DNA of 64,000 bases from Octopus bimaculoides (lineage: Eukaryota). Location of the stretch: contig NC_068984.1 in assembly GCF_001194135.2 (NCBI RefSeq), positions 21,209,590 to 21,273,589 of the forward strand, in the 5' to 3' direction. The notes beneath the pieces were generated by a model. That model was not told the DNA's origin. It did no database searches and worked only from the letters and a program-made list of their open reading frames with translations. Below are positions 26,749 to 38,700 of the stretch, piece by piece. Position numbers and translations under genes: made by a program. How positions within the stretch are numbered: position 1 is the stretch's first letter; each line of letters begins with the position of its first letter.

Positions 26749-29700
26749 CCGCCTGACTGGCCTTGTAGGGTTTTCGAGCGAGATCGTTGCCAGTGCCCCT
26801 GGACTGGCTCTTGTGCAGGTGGCACATAAAAGACACCATTTCGAGCATGGCCGTTTTTGTGCGGGTGACACGTAAAAGCACCCACTACACTCTCTGAGTG
26901 GTTGGCGTTAGGAAGGGCATCCAGCTGTAGAAACTCTGCCAAATCAGATTGGAGCCTGGTGTTGCCATCCGGTTTCACCAGTCCTCAGTCAAATCGTCCA
27001 ACCCATGCTAGCATGGAAGGCGGACGTTAAACGATGATGATGATGATGATGATGTTAAAGAATTAAAATAACTGACTTTCTACTAATTCTGCAACTCAAT
27101 TCCCCACATTTTACCCTGTGTTGTAGAAACTGAGAGGAAGCTCTCTTGTCCCTAAGTATTAACTTAAGTTATACACATATATATCTTGAATAACAATAGA
27201 AAAAAAACACAAACAAGAAATAGTAAAAATAAATCCGGTCTGTCTTACCTGCAACTGTGTAAGTGTCCAAACTGAGACGTTTAAGTTTGTTGAGACTTTT
27301 ATTGAAGGTACCTGAAAACAGAAATAACATATTTTAAAATGTAATTAACTTTTGAGAGCTAATGCTCTTGTTCTCATTTAGCCCTAGGTCAATTTTGATT
27401 GAGTAAACAGATCTATGATCAAAGGTGTTCTAGCTATGACCATCTCATCCTTTTTTCCTTCTTCAGATGTAAAGTAAAATTATATGTATTTGTTGAGTTC
27501 CCACTTTCCTGGTTAATCCTGATGTAATAGATCTAAGACCAGAGACAATCTAACCTTAAGTCATAAGACATTGGCTATGGCTGGGTCTAAATTGAGGACT
27601 ACAATGGTCAGTAATCTAAAACATTAATCTCAGTTAATGAAATGATTTCTAATGGAGACATAACGTACCCTTAAATGAAGCAGAGAATGTCACTAAAGCT
27701 TATTAACCAAAAAAATAGGTGGGACAAATCTCTCACATGTAAATAGTAAGAGATTTGATTAAAAAGTTTGTGTAAAACCTAAAATTAGCTGACTAGCTAA
27801 ATTTTACCAACAACTGGATAAATTATCTACTTTCATTTTCTTTTCTTTAATGGAAAATTAAGTGGGACTACAGTAGAAAGGGGTTGGCTTTCTGCTAGAG
27901 GAGATATATAGTTGCTTGCATAATACAACAGAAGGTTGGAGTGGAGAAAGAGAGATAAAGATAGTGGTGATGAGATGTCAGGGTAAGCCCTCAAAATACA
28001 AGATGAATTAAGAATGATCATCATCATCATCATCATCATCGTCCGCCTTCCATGCTAGCATGGGTTGGACGATTTGACTGAGGACTGGTGAAACCAGATG
28101 GCTACACCAGGCTCCAATCTGATTTGGCAGGAGATCAATTAAGATTTCTTCAGTAAATCCAAGCCTAAATAATTATATATTAAGTAATACTTGAAAGGGA
28201 TTTAAAGATTAGTTTTGTAATGTGAAGATGAAGACAAAAGTTGGGTATCTTACTTGATATAGCACCATCTACTGAGTCATAACTCTGCTCACTGTAACGG
28301 CGAGGTCGATGGACGTGTTGCTGCTGGCGTTTCCGCTTAACCATAGAGTCAATGAGGGCATTCATCAATTTAGCCTGAAAATTCGGAATAAATATAATAT
28401 GTATCAATTAATGAGATGAAGAATGGCTCACTGTGAGCAGCATTGACAAAAACATAAACGAACAATAAAGAGTATTCTTATGTTTTCTCTAAAAATTCTT
28501 ACATAGAATTCATTCTTATCTTCTATATTAGTTACAATGTCTTTTTTTTTTTAATTTGTTCATATACTTCTTTTAGTGTTGTCTTTCTTTACTTCACTTA
28601 TATATCTGATTTCTGTTCCCTGTTTTAACCTTTTCTGACAAGTTGTAGTGCACTTGAGCACTGTAAACAATAAACTCATTATTATTATTTTAATATCTTT
28701 ACCATTAAGACTACATTAGACCAATCTAAACCCTCACCTACAACTCTCTAGTATACAAGGATCAACTCCACAGTCACTAAGACTAATGTAACACATATTC
28801 ATTGGCAAATTCCCTGCAACTTGCAAAATGAGAAACACACACTAACATAATCATCATTTAACATCCGCTTTCCATGCTGGCATGAGTAAGATGGTTTGAC
28901 TGGAACTGTTAAGCCAGAGAGCTGCACCAAGTTCCAGTCTGATTTAGCATGATTTCTGTGGCTGGATGCCCTTCCTAACTCCAACCATTCAAAGAGTGTA
29001 ATGGCTGCTTTTTATGTGCCACTGACAAAACACAGGAATAAAAACAATAAAGTCGATAACTATGATCACAGACTGACCTGTTTGTTCTGTAGGGACAGGA
29101 ACAGTTCAGGCAAACCTACCTGGGACTATGCAAAAATAACAACCAGTTAAAGCAATCCAATTCATATATTTTTACTTTTTTGCAGATCATAGTCACCTAG
29201 GATATTTTAATTCTTCAGAACCTCCAAAACTGGCATGAGGAAATAATCATCAAATCAGAGAACCAGCCCAACTCAATACTAGATAGTGTTGAACAAAATG
29301 ACGATTTAATCCTTTCGATACCAATCCACACAAGACTGTATGTGATTCTATATTACAAACTTCCTGTTTGAAAGTGATTTAAATTTAAACCTTTCATCAA
29401 AATTTTATATTTACGTTTCAGACACCAGCTTAAAAATGACTGATTTAACTAAATTCTTTGGTAAAAACACAATGACAAGATCCTAAATGTCCACATTAAT
29501 TCTTTCTTTCAGTCTTCCTTTCACACTTTTTTTCCTTCCTTTCATTCCATCCTGCTCCCCTCTCTCTTGTGAAACCATGACTGCAAGGGAACCAACCTGT
29601 CGGGAATTAATTTCTAACAGCTTTGTCACTGTTTCTTCTCCATCTTTCACAAGGAACTGAATGAATAAAGACGGCAATTTCTCGTCCTCCAAATCGTCAT

Positions 29701-32700
29701 GGAAATGCCAGGACATCTCGGTGAACGGAACTGCCAGATCAACAAACTAGTAACAAATATATAAATAAACAAATAAATAGTTCATTTCATAATTATTTAA
29801 TATGAATTTTTCTTCCACCTAATTTTCATTCTCTTCATAAGATGGAAGGAGTTAAAGTAAATGTAATTTAATCAGATTTCACAAAAAACATCTGAAATCA
29901 AAGTTAGTAAATAAAATATTACAGATTTTGATCCAGTAGATTTGTTTAGATTTGATGGTTCTACCAAACTGCTTCATCATCACCACTACCTCTGTGTCTT
30001 CATTAAACATTTTGATATTTTTTTTTTGTAGTTTAGTACAAACTTTGTCTTAGTTTGCAAATAATTCATGCAATAAAGGAAATGTACCTCTAGATATATC
30101 TAGGCTGTACAGATGTGTTAGAGATCACCCTTGATGGGAAATACTACAACACAATAAGACTAAGACACTGGATAAACTTATAGCCTCTAAAATCTAATAA
30201 TAATAATTATTTCAAATTTTTGCCACAAGGGTAGCTTGGGGGAAGGGATTAAGTCAATTACATTGACCCCAGTGTTTCACTGATACTTAATTTATCGAAC
30301 CCGAAAGGATGAAAGGCAAAGTTGACCTCGGTGGAATTTGAACTCGGAACATAGTGACAGGCAAAATAATAATAATAATGCCACCATCATCATTATTTTA
30401 TATTCACTTTTCTATGCTGGAATGGATTAGACAGGTTTTCTGGGGCAGAGTTTTTATGGTTGGATGCCCTTTCTGTTGCCAGCCCTTTATGTCACTCCTT
30501 ATGACATGCAGTAACACAGTGTACCAGATCAAAATCTGGGATACACACAAAATGATAATAATTACATAATTGTTATGGCTCAGATATTTTTCCAATGACC
30601 TGAATGTCAGCTTCTCTAATACTGAACTTAAAAGATGTTGATGGTGACCCACATTGCCAATGAACTGATCATTAAGTTCTCTGATCATGATCATAAATAA
30701 AATATTAGGAAGTAACTCAATTCTATAATTTCTTTTAATAGCTCAGTTAGAATTGGAAGAGTAAAAGCGAAGGTTGTTTTGCAGTCTCTCTGAGACTGAT
30801 AAAAGATTTTGGTATCATCAGAGTGGAAGTTTGGCCTAAATGCTTACAACAGAGAGATACTAAAGGGCCAGGTAGTAGTGTTGAGAAAAAAAATGAAAAT
30901 AAAAGTCATTTAATATCTTACATCTTTGTCTTTTTCTATGATACAGACTCCCTCCGTGTTGATGCAAACCCACACATGCATTGAGTGCACTCCGAAAACC
31001 ATCTGGAGTTTAGAGGTAGGACGGTCAACGACAGCACTGAAGTATGCAGACCTTCAATAGGAAAAAAGAAAGCTTAAATCAATCACTGATTGATGTCAAT
31101 ATATAATAGCTTCACATATTTCATTATTGTTGATGTGTCAGTGGAGTAACTGGATCAAGAGAGCATTAAACTAATACCTTAGATAATCTAGTTTTCTGTC
31201 TGTAGGTTATGAGTTCAAGTCCTGTTAGGGCTGAACACTGTTCTTTTCTTTAGGTACTTATACTATAAGTACCAAACATATGTACTAGGACCAATTCTAT
31301 CAGTTTTCAAAAAAAAAAAAAAAAATCTAGCTAGTTTTTCTTCTTTGCTATTGTGATTGAAGGTATGGAACCTGGCAGAATCTTCAGCCAAAAATAGGTT
31401 TAAAGAAGCACAAACTGACAGTTATGATGAGAAAGAGGAGGAAATAGAGACCGACAACTGGGAGTTTCTACACACCAAAGACTATATCTGTGGATGGAGC
31501 ATGATTCCAGCCTGAAAGAAGGTGACACAGTAGTGGAATGGTACAATAGTTAAGAAAACCAGAAAGAACAAGGAGATCAAAGAATAATATCAGGTTTTAT
31601 ATATATCCTTTTAATCTTTTACTTGTTTCAGTCATTTGACTTTGGCCACGCTGGAGCACTGCCTTTAGTCGAAGAAATCGACTCAAGGACTTATTCTTTG
31701 TAAGCCTACTACTTATTCTATTGGTGTCTTTTGCTGAACTGCTAAGTTTCAGTGATGTGAACCACCAACATCAGTTGTCAAGTGATGGAGGGGGGGGGAC
31801 AAACACAGACATACACACAAATATATATATATATACAACAGGCTTCTTTCAATTTCCATCTACTAAATCCACTCACAAGGCTTTGGTTGGCCTGAAGTTA
31901 TAGTAGAAGACACTGGTCCAAGGTGCCACACAATGGGACTGAACCTGGAACCATGTGGTTGGGAAGCAAGCTTATTACCACACAGCTATGCCTGTATATA
32001 TATATATATATATATATAAAGGTACAGTGTATATTTAAATACATAAGAGGAATCCACTCATGGGATATACACTGTACCTTATGAGTAATTCATAGTCTTT
32101 GGACTAAACTTTTATACACTGGGCTACTTGGAGGTGAAAATTTTTATTAATTTCCATTTCCCTTTGATATGATTAAATATATATGTATATATATATATCC
32201 CTCTCTCTCTCTTTCGGAGAGAGGCACAAGCACATACACAGACATATACACACACAGCAGTAACTTCCGCCTACCAAATTCAATCACAAAGCTTCGGTCG
32301 GCTTACTGGAGAACAAGTGGAACAATTGGATGGACCTCAGGCAGGCTGATAGAGTATGAAAACATTGTATGTGGCAAACATACATGAATAATAAGCAGTA
32401 ATTGACAGTGTCTTGATAACATAATTAGTAGTGGGAGTGGGTGTTCCGAGAATGTGGCAGGAAAAATTCAAGGAGCTATGATCTCTACTGGCAACAAAGA
32501 ACAGATTATTTGATGATTGTGTATGAAGTACAATGGTAGAGAAACAAAGGCTTTGAATGAGGAAGACATGTGAAAGCGAGATACTGTTGGAGAGGATCCA
32601 ACCATTTCATGCAAGATGGAAAAACACAAAAATGGTGATTATCTAAGAACCCATTATTTGTTTCAATAGCATTAGAGATGAAGGGACCAAATGGACAGAC

Positions 32701-35700
32701 TACCAGATTATCATCAGCTGAAGAGGCACAAGTTTTTATCCTAGAACAGGTGTTTCATTGTGTGTCAGGATAAGATACAGAGTTCTATATTGCCTCAGTT
32801 TATCAAGGTGAATAGTAGACACCAAGTGTTTCCAGGTAAAGTTATCTGCAAATGACACCTGTTCTACCCAAATTAAAGATGTTACACCTATATCTGTATC
32901 AGTACAGAAACCAAAGTTTAATCCACAGAATTATGGACTTAGTTGGACTCATTGGATGATTTACTGAACTTTCACATCCTTAAGTTTTTTATTAATGGTT
33001 AGATGTTCAAGTGAGTATGACAGCCACTGGACATCTGATTGATATTCGTGGCATATAGAAGACAGATAATTAGGTTAAAACATAAGATCTAAATGGTCAG
33101 GCTCTCAGATTCAGATTTGACGCCTGGTTCAAGTTACTTCCACTTCACTTTATTCCCTTCAATTATGTTTATGGGAAAAATCCACATCTTGCTAGTCCTA
33201 AAATCCAAAGCTCCCTATCACCATGGAGAGAGCAACAGAAGATTACTGAGCTGAGGGCAATTTTTATTAAAAGAAAATAACTTACCCATAGAACGGTGTA
33301 TTCCATAATAACTGTAAATACATTTTATAAAGAGATACTTTGCTGTACTGCTCTGGCAAAGCCTGTGAAATTCGTACTACTGCCTCTTCAAATCGTACTT
33401 CGATATCATTTCGAGATGAATTTTTGAGACCAGGAATTTGCCATCGTCTTTTGCACAAGAATTCTGGGTAAAATCTTTCCAAATTGTGCCTAAAACAGAT
33501 ATACAGAATGTCTTTAAGCCTTACATACCACAATTACATAACAAAACAATTGTAATATAAAACATCTTTAAGAACATCTATTCCCATGCTTAAATACACA
33601 ACACATTGTGACAAGCTGCTAGAGGTAATGAAGTCTTAAATATCTAATTTAATCAAAGAACATTCAGTAAAAATAGAGTCTTAAGTGTAGCAGAACATAT
33701 GTAAATATTATATTTCTCTAATTGATTTCAGTTATTTAATTTTAACATGCTGGGGCATCATATTAAAATTCATAATATAAGTTTGTGTGCTGTAAAAAGA
33801 AATGAGCTCTGATATTTCAAGAAGGGTCCATAACAATCTTAAATTCCCCAGAATGTAATTTTTTTCTTTACATATTCAATGTGGAGCACTAAGACCACCA
33901 TCCGAGTGTGATCGTTGCCAGAGCAGCTGTCTGGCTTCCATGCCGGTGGCATGTAAATAGCACCAGCGTGATCGTTACCAACGTCGCCTTCCTGGCACGT
34001 GAAAAGACATTCGAGCGAGATCGTTGCCTGTGCCGATGGACTGGCTCCTGTGCAGGTGGCACGTAAAATACACCATTTCGAGCGTGGCCGTTGCCAGTAC
34101 TACCTGACCGGCCTTCGTACCGGTGGCACGTAAAAGCACCCACTACACTTTCTGAGTGGTTAGCATTAGGAAGGGCATCCAGCTGTAGAAACTCTGCCAA
34201 ATCAGATTGGAGGCTGGTGTCGCCTCCTGGTCCACCAGTCCTCAGTCAAATCGTCTAACCCATGCTAGCATGGAAAGCGGACGTTAAACGACGATGATGA
34301 TGATGAATGTTAAGGGGAATATATTTATAGATTTTAGCGAATACTGTATGTATAGACAGATGTAAACACCTTGCTTTTATATACAATAACTTTGTGAATA
34401 GAAAAGCCGGATCAGCCAGATTAGTTTCAATATTGTGCTGAGATTTCATTACTGACCCTCTTTCACTATTCAGGGAGACACTGTTTCTTATAAACCCACT
34501 ATTACTAAGAGCTTCTGTAAATGAGAAACAAATTTGCACATAACACATCTTTGACAGTCAGTTTTATCTATAAATTGCTAGTGTTAACAGTGTTTTGCTA
34601 TAGAGTAAAAGAGAATGTTTTGTTGCGAATACTATGAAACAGACACATGTAAATACTTTGCTTTTATATAAAACATATCTTCATGGACACAAAAAAGACA
34701 ATAAGAGATCAACCAGACTAGTTTCAACCTTTGCATTGGGATTTATCGATGACCATCCTCTTCGACTGCTTAACAATTTACTTGAGCCCTTAGTAACAAT
34801 AAGTTTATAAGCAGTGTATCTGTAGACAATTAGAGGGTAGTTAGTCACTTACGACATCCCAACGCAGGACTGAAACTAGTCTAGCTTATTTTACCCACAA
34901 AGACATTGTGGATAGAATTTATACAGATTTGTTGACATATAGCTACTACACAAAATATTGGTTAAAAATTTATAGATATATCGTGTAGTAACACAATGTA
35001 GCATTGAAATAAAACACAATTATCACATTGGTAATGGTTACATATTTAATAAATTGATTTTTAACTTAATACAATCAAAACATACCAACCTTTGATTTTG
35101 TGTTAAACCTTTGACCCCTATGAGATTGCCCTCCTCTATGATAAATTGAATTGCAGCCAACTCATCGTAGTCTAGTTTATCAACAACATACCGACCTTCC
35201 AACACATTGTATTGAGCTTCGTGATACAAAAGAGACAATGTGGTTTCATCGTTAAGCTATACAAAACATAAGAGAAAAAGACACATAAGAGACATAACTA
35301 TCAAGAAAATGTCTTTTTATAAACAGTGGTTTCAAATTATTTTGGCACATGACCATGAATTTTAGGGAAGAGTGTAAGCTGATCACATGAACATCAGTGT
35401 TCAGCTGGTGCTTATTTTATTAACCCTGAAATTCCTTGGTGGAATTTGAACTAAGAATGTAAAGAGCTAAAAGAAATGCCACTAAGCATTTTGTTCAATA
35501 TGCTAACAATTCTGCCAGCTTACCACCTTTAAGCTCCCCAATAATACTGTGATTAAGTGTGAGATTTAGAAAGACTCAAGTAGAATAAATATTCATTTAA
35601 AATGGAAGAAAATGCCAACAGCATTACAAAAGTATAAATTATTTATTTAGAAAAGTAAACTTTACAACAGAGCCAAGACTACACAGATTACTTCTTTCTT

Positions 35701-38700
35701 GTTGCTTTTAAAGCCATCCTTAATATGATAATACAAGATGGTGAGCTGGCAGAAACATTAGCACGCTGGGCGAAATGCTTAGTGGTATTTCGTCAGACTT
35801 TACGTCCTGAGTTCAAATTCCACCGAGGTCAACTTTGCATTTCATCCTTTCAGGGTTGATAAATTAAGTACCAGTTATGTACTGGGGCTGATCTAATCGA
35901 CTGGCCCCCTCCACCAAAATTTTGGGCCTTGTGTTTAGAGTAGAAAAGAATATGATAAGTAGACATGAAGAAAGTCAATGTATTAAAATCAGCAATTTGT
36001 TTTATTCAAGGTTAAGAAGTTTGTATCAGACATGACAACCCAATAGAGGACAACCCAATAGAGGACAACCCAATAGAGGACAACCCAATAGAGAACAACA
36101 TGTATATTCAGGTCAAAAAATTTGATCATTGAGTCTTCCAAGAAATATTTCTCACAAATTAAGAGAGGCAGAAAAATTATGAAATGCGTTTGTTTATTAT
36201 AATGTGAATATATGTATCTATGCATCTTTTTGCATGTGTGTGTGTGTGTGTGTGTGTTACTTTACAGAGATTAAAGGGAGATAGAATGAGTGGGAGTTAG
36301 AAAGAAAGAGAGAGTAGGTATATGTTCATGTGCACTGAATGAGAGAGAGAGAGAGAGAGAGAGAGGGTGTAAGCATGTTAATAATATGCTTGGTTGGTAT
36401 CAGCTTCTTGTAAATCATTTTCTATTACAATAACTTTCTTCTTTACTATATAAAGCTCCAAAGGAGAGGTTGCTGAGAAATTGCTGACCAGTGCTTATTG
36501 GCCAGTTATCACCAATGCAAAGAGCCAAGCAGACTTTCTTTTATATGGAAGTTTACATTTTGATGTAAATTTATACATATAACAGATTTGGTCAGCTGAA
36601 AGTTGCATTACAGTTTTTGTTGTAGCAGTAACTGATGGCCACTGGAATATATATATATATACACACACACACGAGTGGTCAAACAAAAGAAAAGGGGCAC
36701 TCAACACATCTAGTAGGGGTTACATGTATCATTTAAAACTGCTTGATTTAGTTCCGTGTTACTTTAAGTTTCGCAGGCTCCCTAATGGGATCCTGACACC
36801 TTCAGGCTTCTGGAATGATTGATCAGGCTCCCATTAGGAGCCTGCGAAACTCGAAGTAGAATAGAACCAAATCAAACAGTTTTAAATAACACACACAAAC
36901 ACAGTGTGTGTGTGTGTGTGTGGATGGGTGGGTATGTGTACTTTTGTCTTGACATCACATGTTGGTTATAAATGAGCCTCGCCACAAAGTATGGACGGAA
37001 AACAATCCTAATTAAATGTTAGAAAAAAAAAAAAAAAACAGAAATGGACTGGGGATGGGGAGTTGTGAATATTTCAGTGTAGATTTAAATGTGGAAATGA
37101 CTTGTAGAAATAAATTCACAGAAAAATCCAGACTCTTGAATGGCTGACTAAACTTACTTTCATTTCCTCTTCTTTTGAATAAAACACATTCCTTTGTAAC
37201 ATCAGCAATGGAGTATCTGGAATGAAATACAGAAAAACAATGTAGCTGTTGACACAGTATATCTAGGACAACATTATCCAATGTGTTTGTTCTACTTTTA
37301 AGACTGTAGGGTGTTGTATAAAGGAGATTTAGTCATTATTTCTAGCAGATTGAGCAACCTCATAAAAGCTCTCTCATTGGTTTGCTGTTTTTTCAGAAAC
37401 AATGCTGTTTAGTACTGAGCTATCATCAAAGCCATTCTAGCAATGACCATCTAGTCTTTTTGTAAGTTCATATTTACATTATCCGCCAGTGGCATGTAAA
37501 TAGCACCATTTGAGCGTGATCGTTACCAGTGTCGCTGGACTGGCTCCTGTGCAGGTGGCACGTAAAATACACCATTTTGAGCGTGGCCGTTGCCAGTACC
37601 GCCTGACTGGCCTTCGTGCCGGTGGCACGTAAAAGCACCCACTACACTCTCGGAGTGGTTGGCGTTAGGAAGGGCATCCAGCTGTACAAACTCTGCCAGA
37701 TCAGATTGGAGCCTGGTGTAGTCATCTGGTTCACCAGTCCTCAGTCAAATCGTCCAACCCATGCTAGCATGGAAAGCAGACGTTAAACGATGATGATGAT
37801 GATGATGATGATGATGAATGACTACATTGTCCATTTTCAGAAAATAAGTTGACATTTGAGGGAGATTTGGCTTCAGAAGTTGTGAAAATTACTAAAAGGA
37901 AACACCAAATCAAATCACTTTCTATTATCAAATTGTCTGTAATCAATAAAGCATTAAAAAATATAAGACTGTAATCCCTTCATTCTGAAATTTAGAGAAT
38001 GTAGCTGCTGCCAAAATACACTAATGCATACCGATGAGACTTATGTGCCCCATCATATCTTCTAGCCTTGACTATAGTTAAGCTTGAACTGTTAGATTTA
38101 AAATGGGGGTTCACATATTTTTATTGGGACAATATGAATTAAGAGATTTGGTAACAGAACTTTGGATTTTATAATTAACCATAGTGTCAAATAATAAATA
38201 AGTTAATAAATATATGAAAAACCAATATTCGCTCACCTCTCAACTTATATTCTGCTTTCTGGTCAGTATACAGTTTACACAGCTCTTGCCATTGTTGAAC
38301 AAGGTAGTAAGGACGGTGATTTTTCTTTAAGCGAAGTTCTAGGATTTAAGTGGTAGTAAAATAAAAAAAACATAAATAAATCATTAATGAATTGAAAACT
38401 TTAAACTTGAAAGTTTGCGGAATATTATAGTTCATGAATATTTATGTAAAATAAACTGTCGCAGGCAATATGAGAAAGAATCCTGAAAGCAATATGAACA
38501 AAATTTAGATTATTGACATTTATTAAAAACATCTTTTTTATCCACGTAACAAACATTTCATTCAATTTACAATGGAGACAAATAGTAAAATACTCATAAG
38601 TTTCAATAGTGAACAAGAATCAACTGAGGTCAGTAATTAAAAAAAAAAAAACAGACAAAACACTGATTGACCAAATAAAAAAAACAATTAGTTCAGTAAA

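Noticed and set aside
26661-26978. ORF-track proteins in SINEs and microsatellites (also 122-337, 33889-34200, 51615-51966, 55389-55691, 56159-56897, 59453-60202)
   Set aside because: They lie in multi-copy non-coding repeats or dinucleotide runs and have no protein-like composition.
30560-30700. Intronic C/D box snoRNA
   Set aside because: The minus strand has ATGATCA rather than RTGATGA, and there is no terminal stem.
36034-36093. CRISPR array
   Set aside because: The units are contiguous with no spacers, and the context is eukaryotic.
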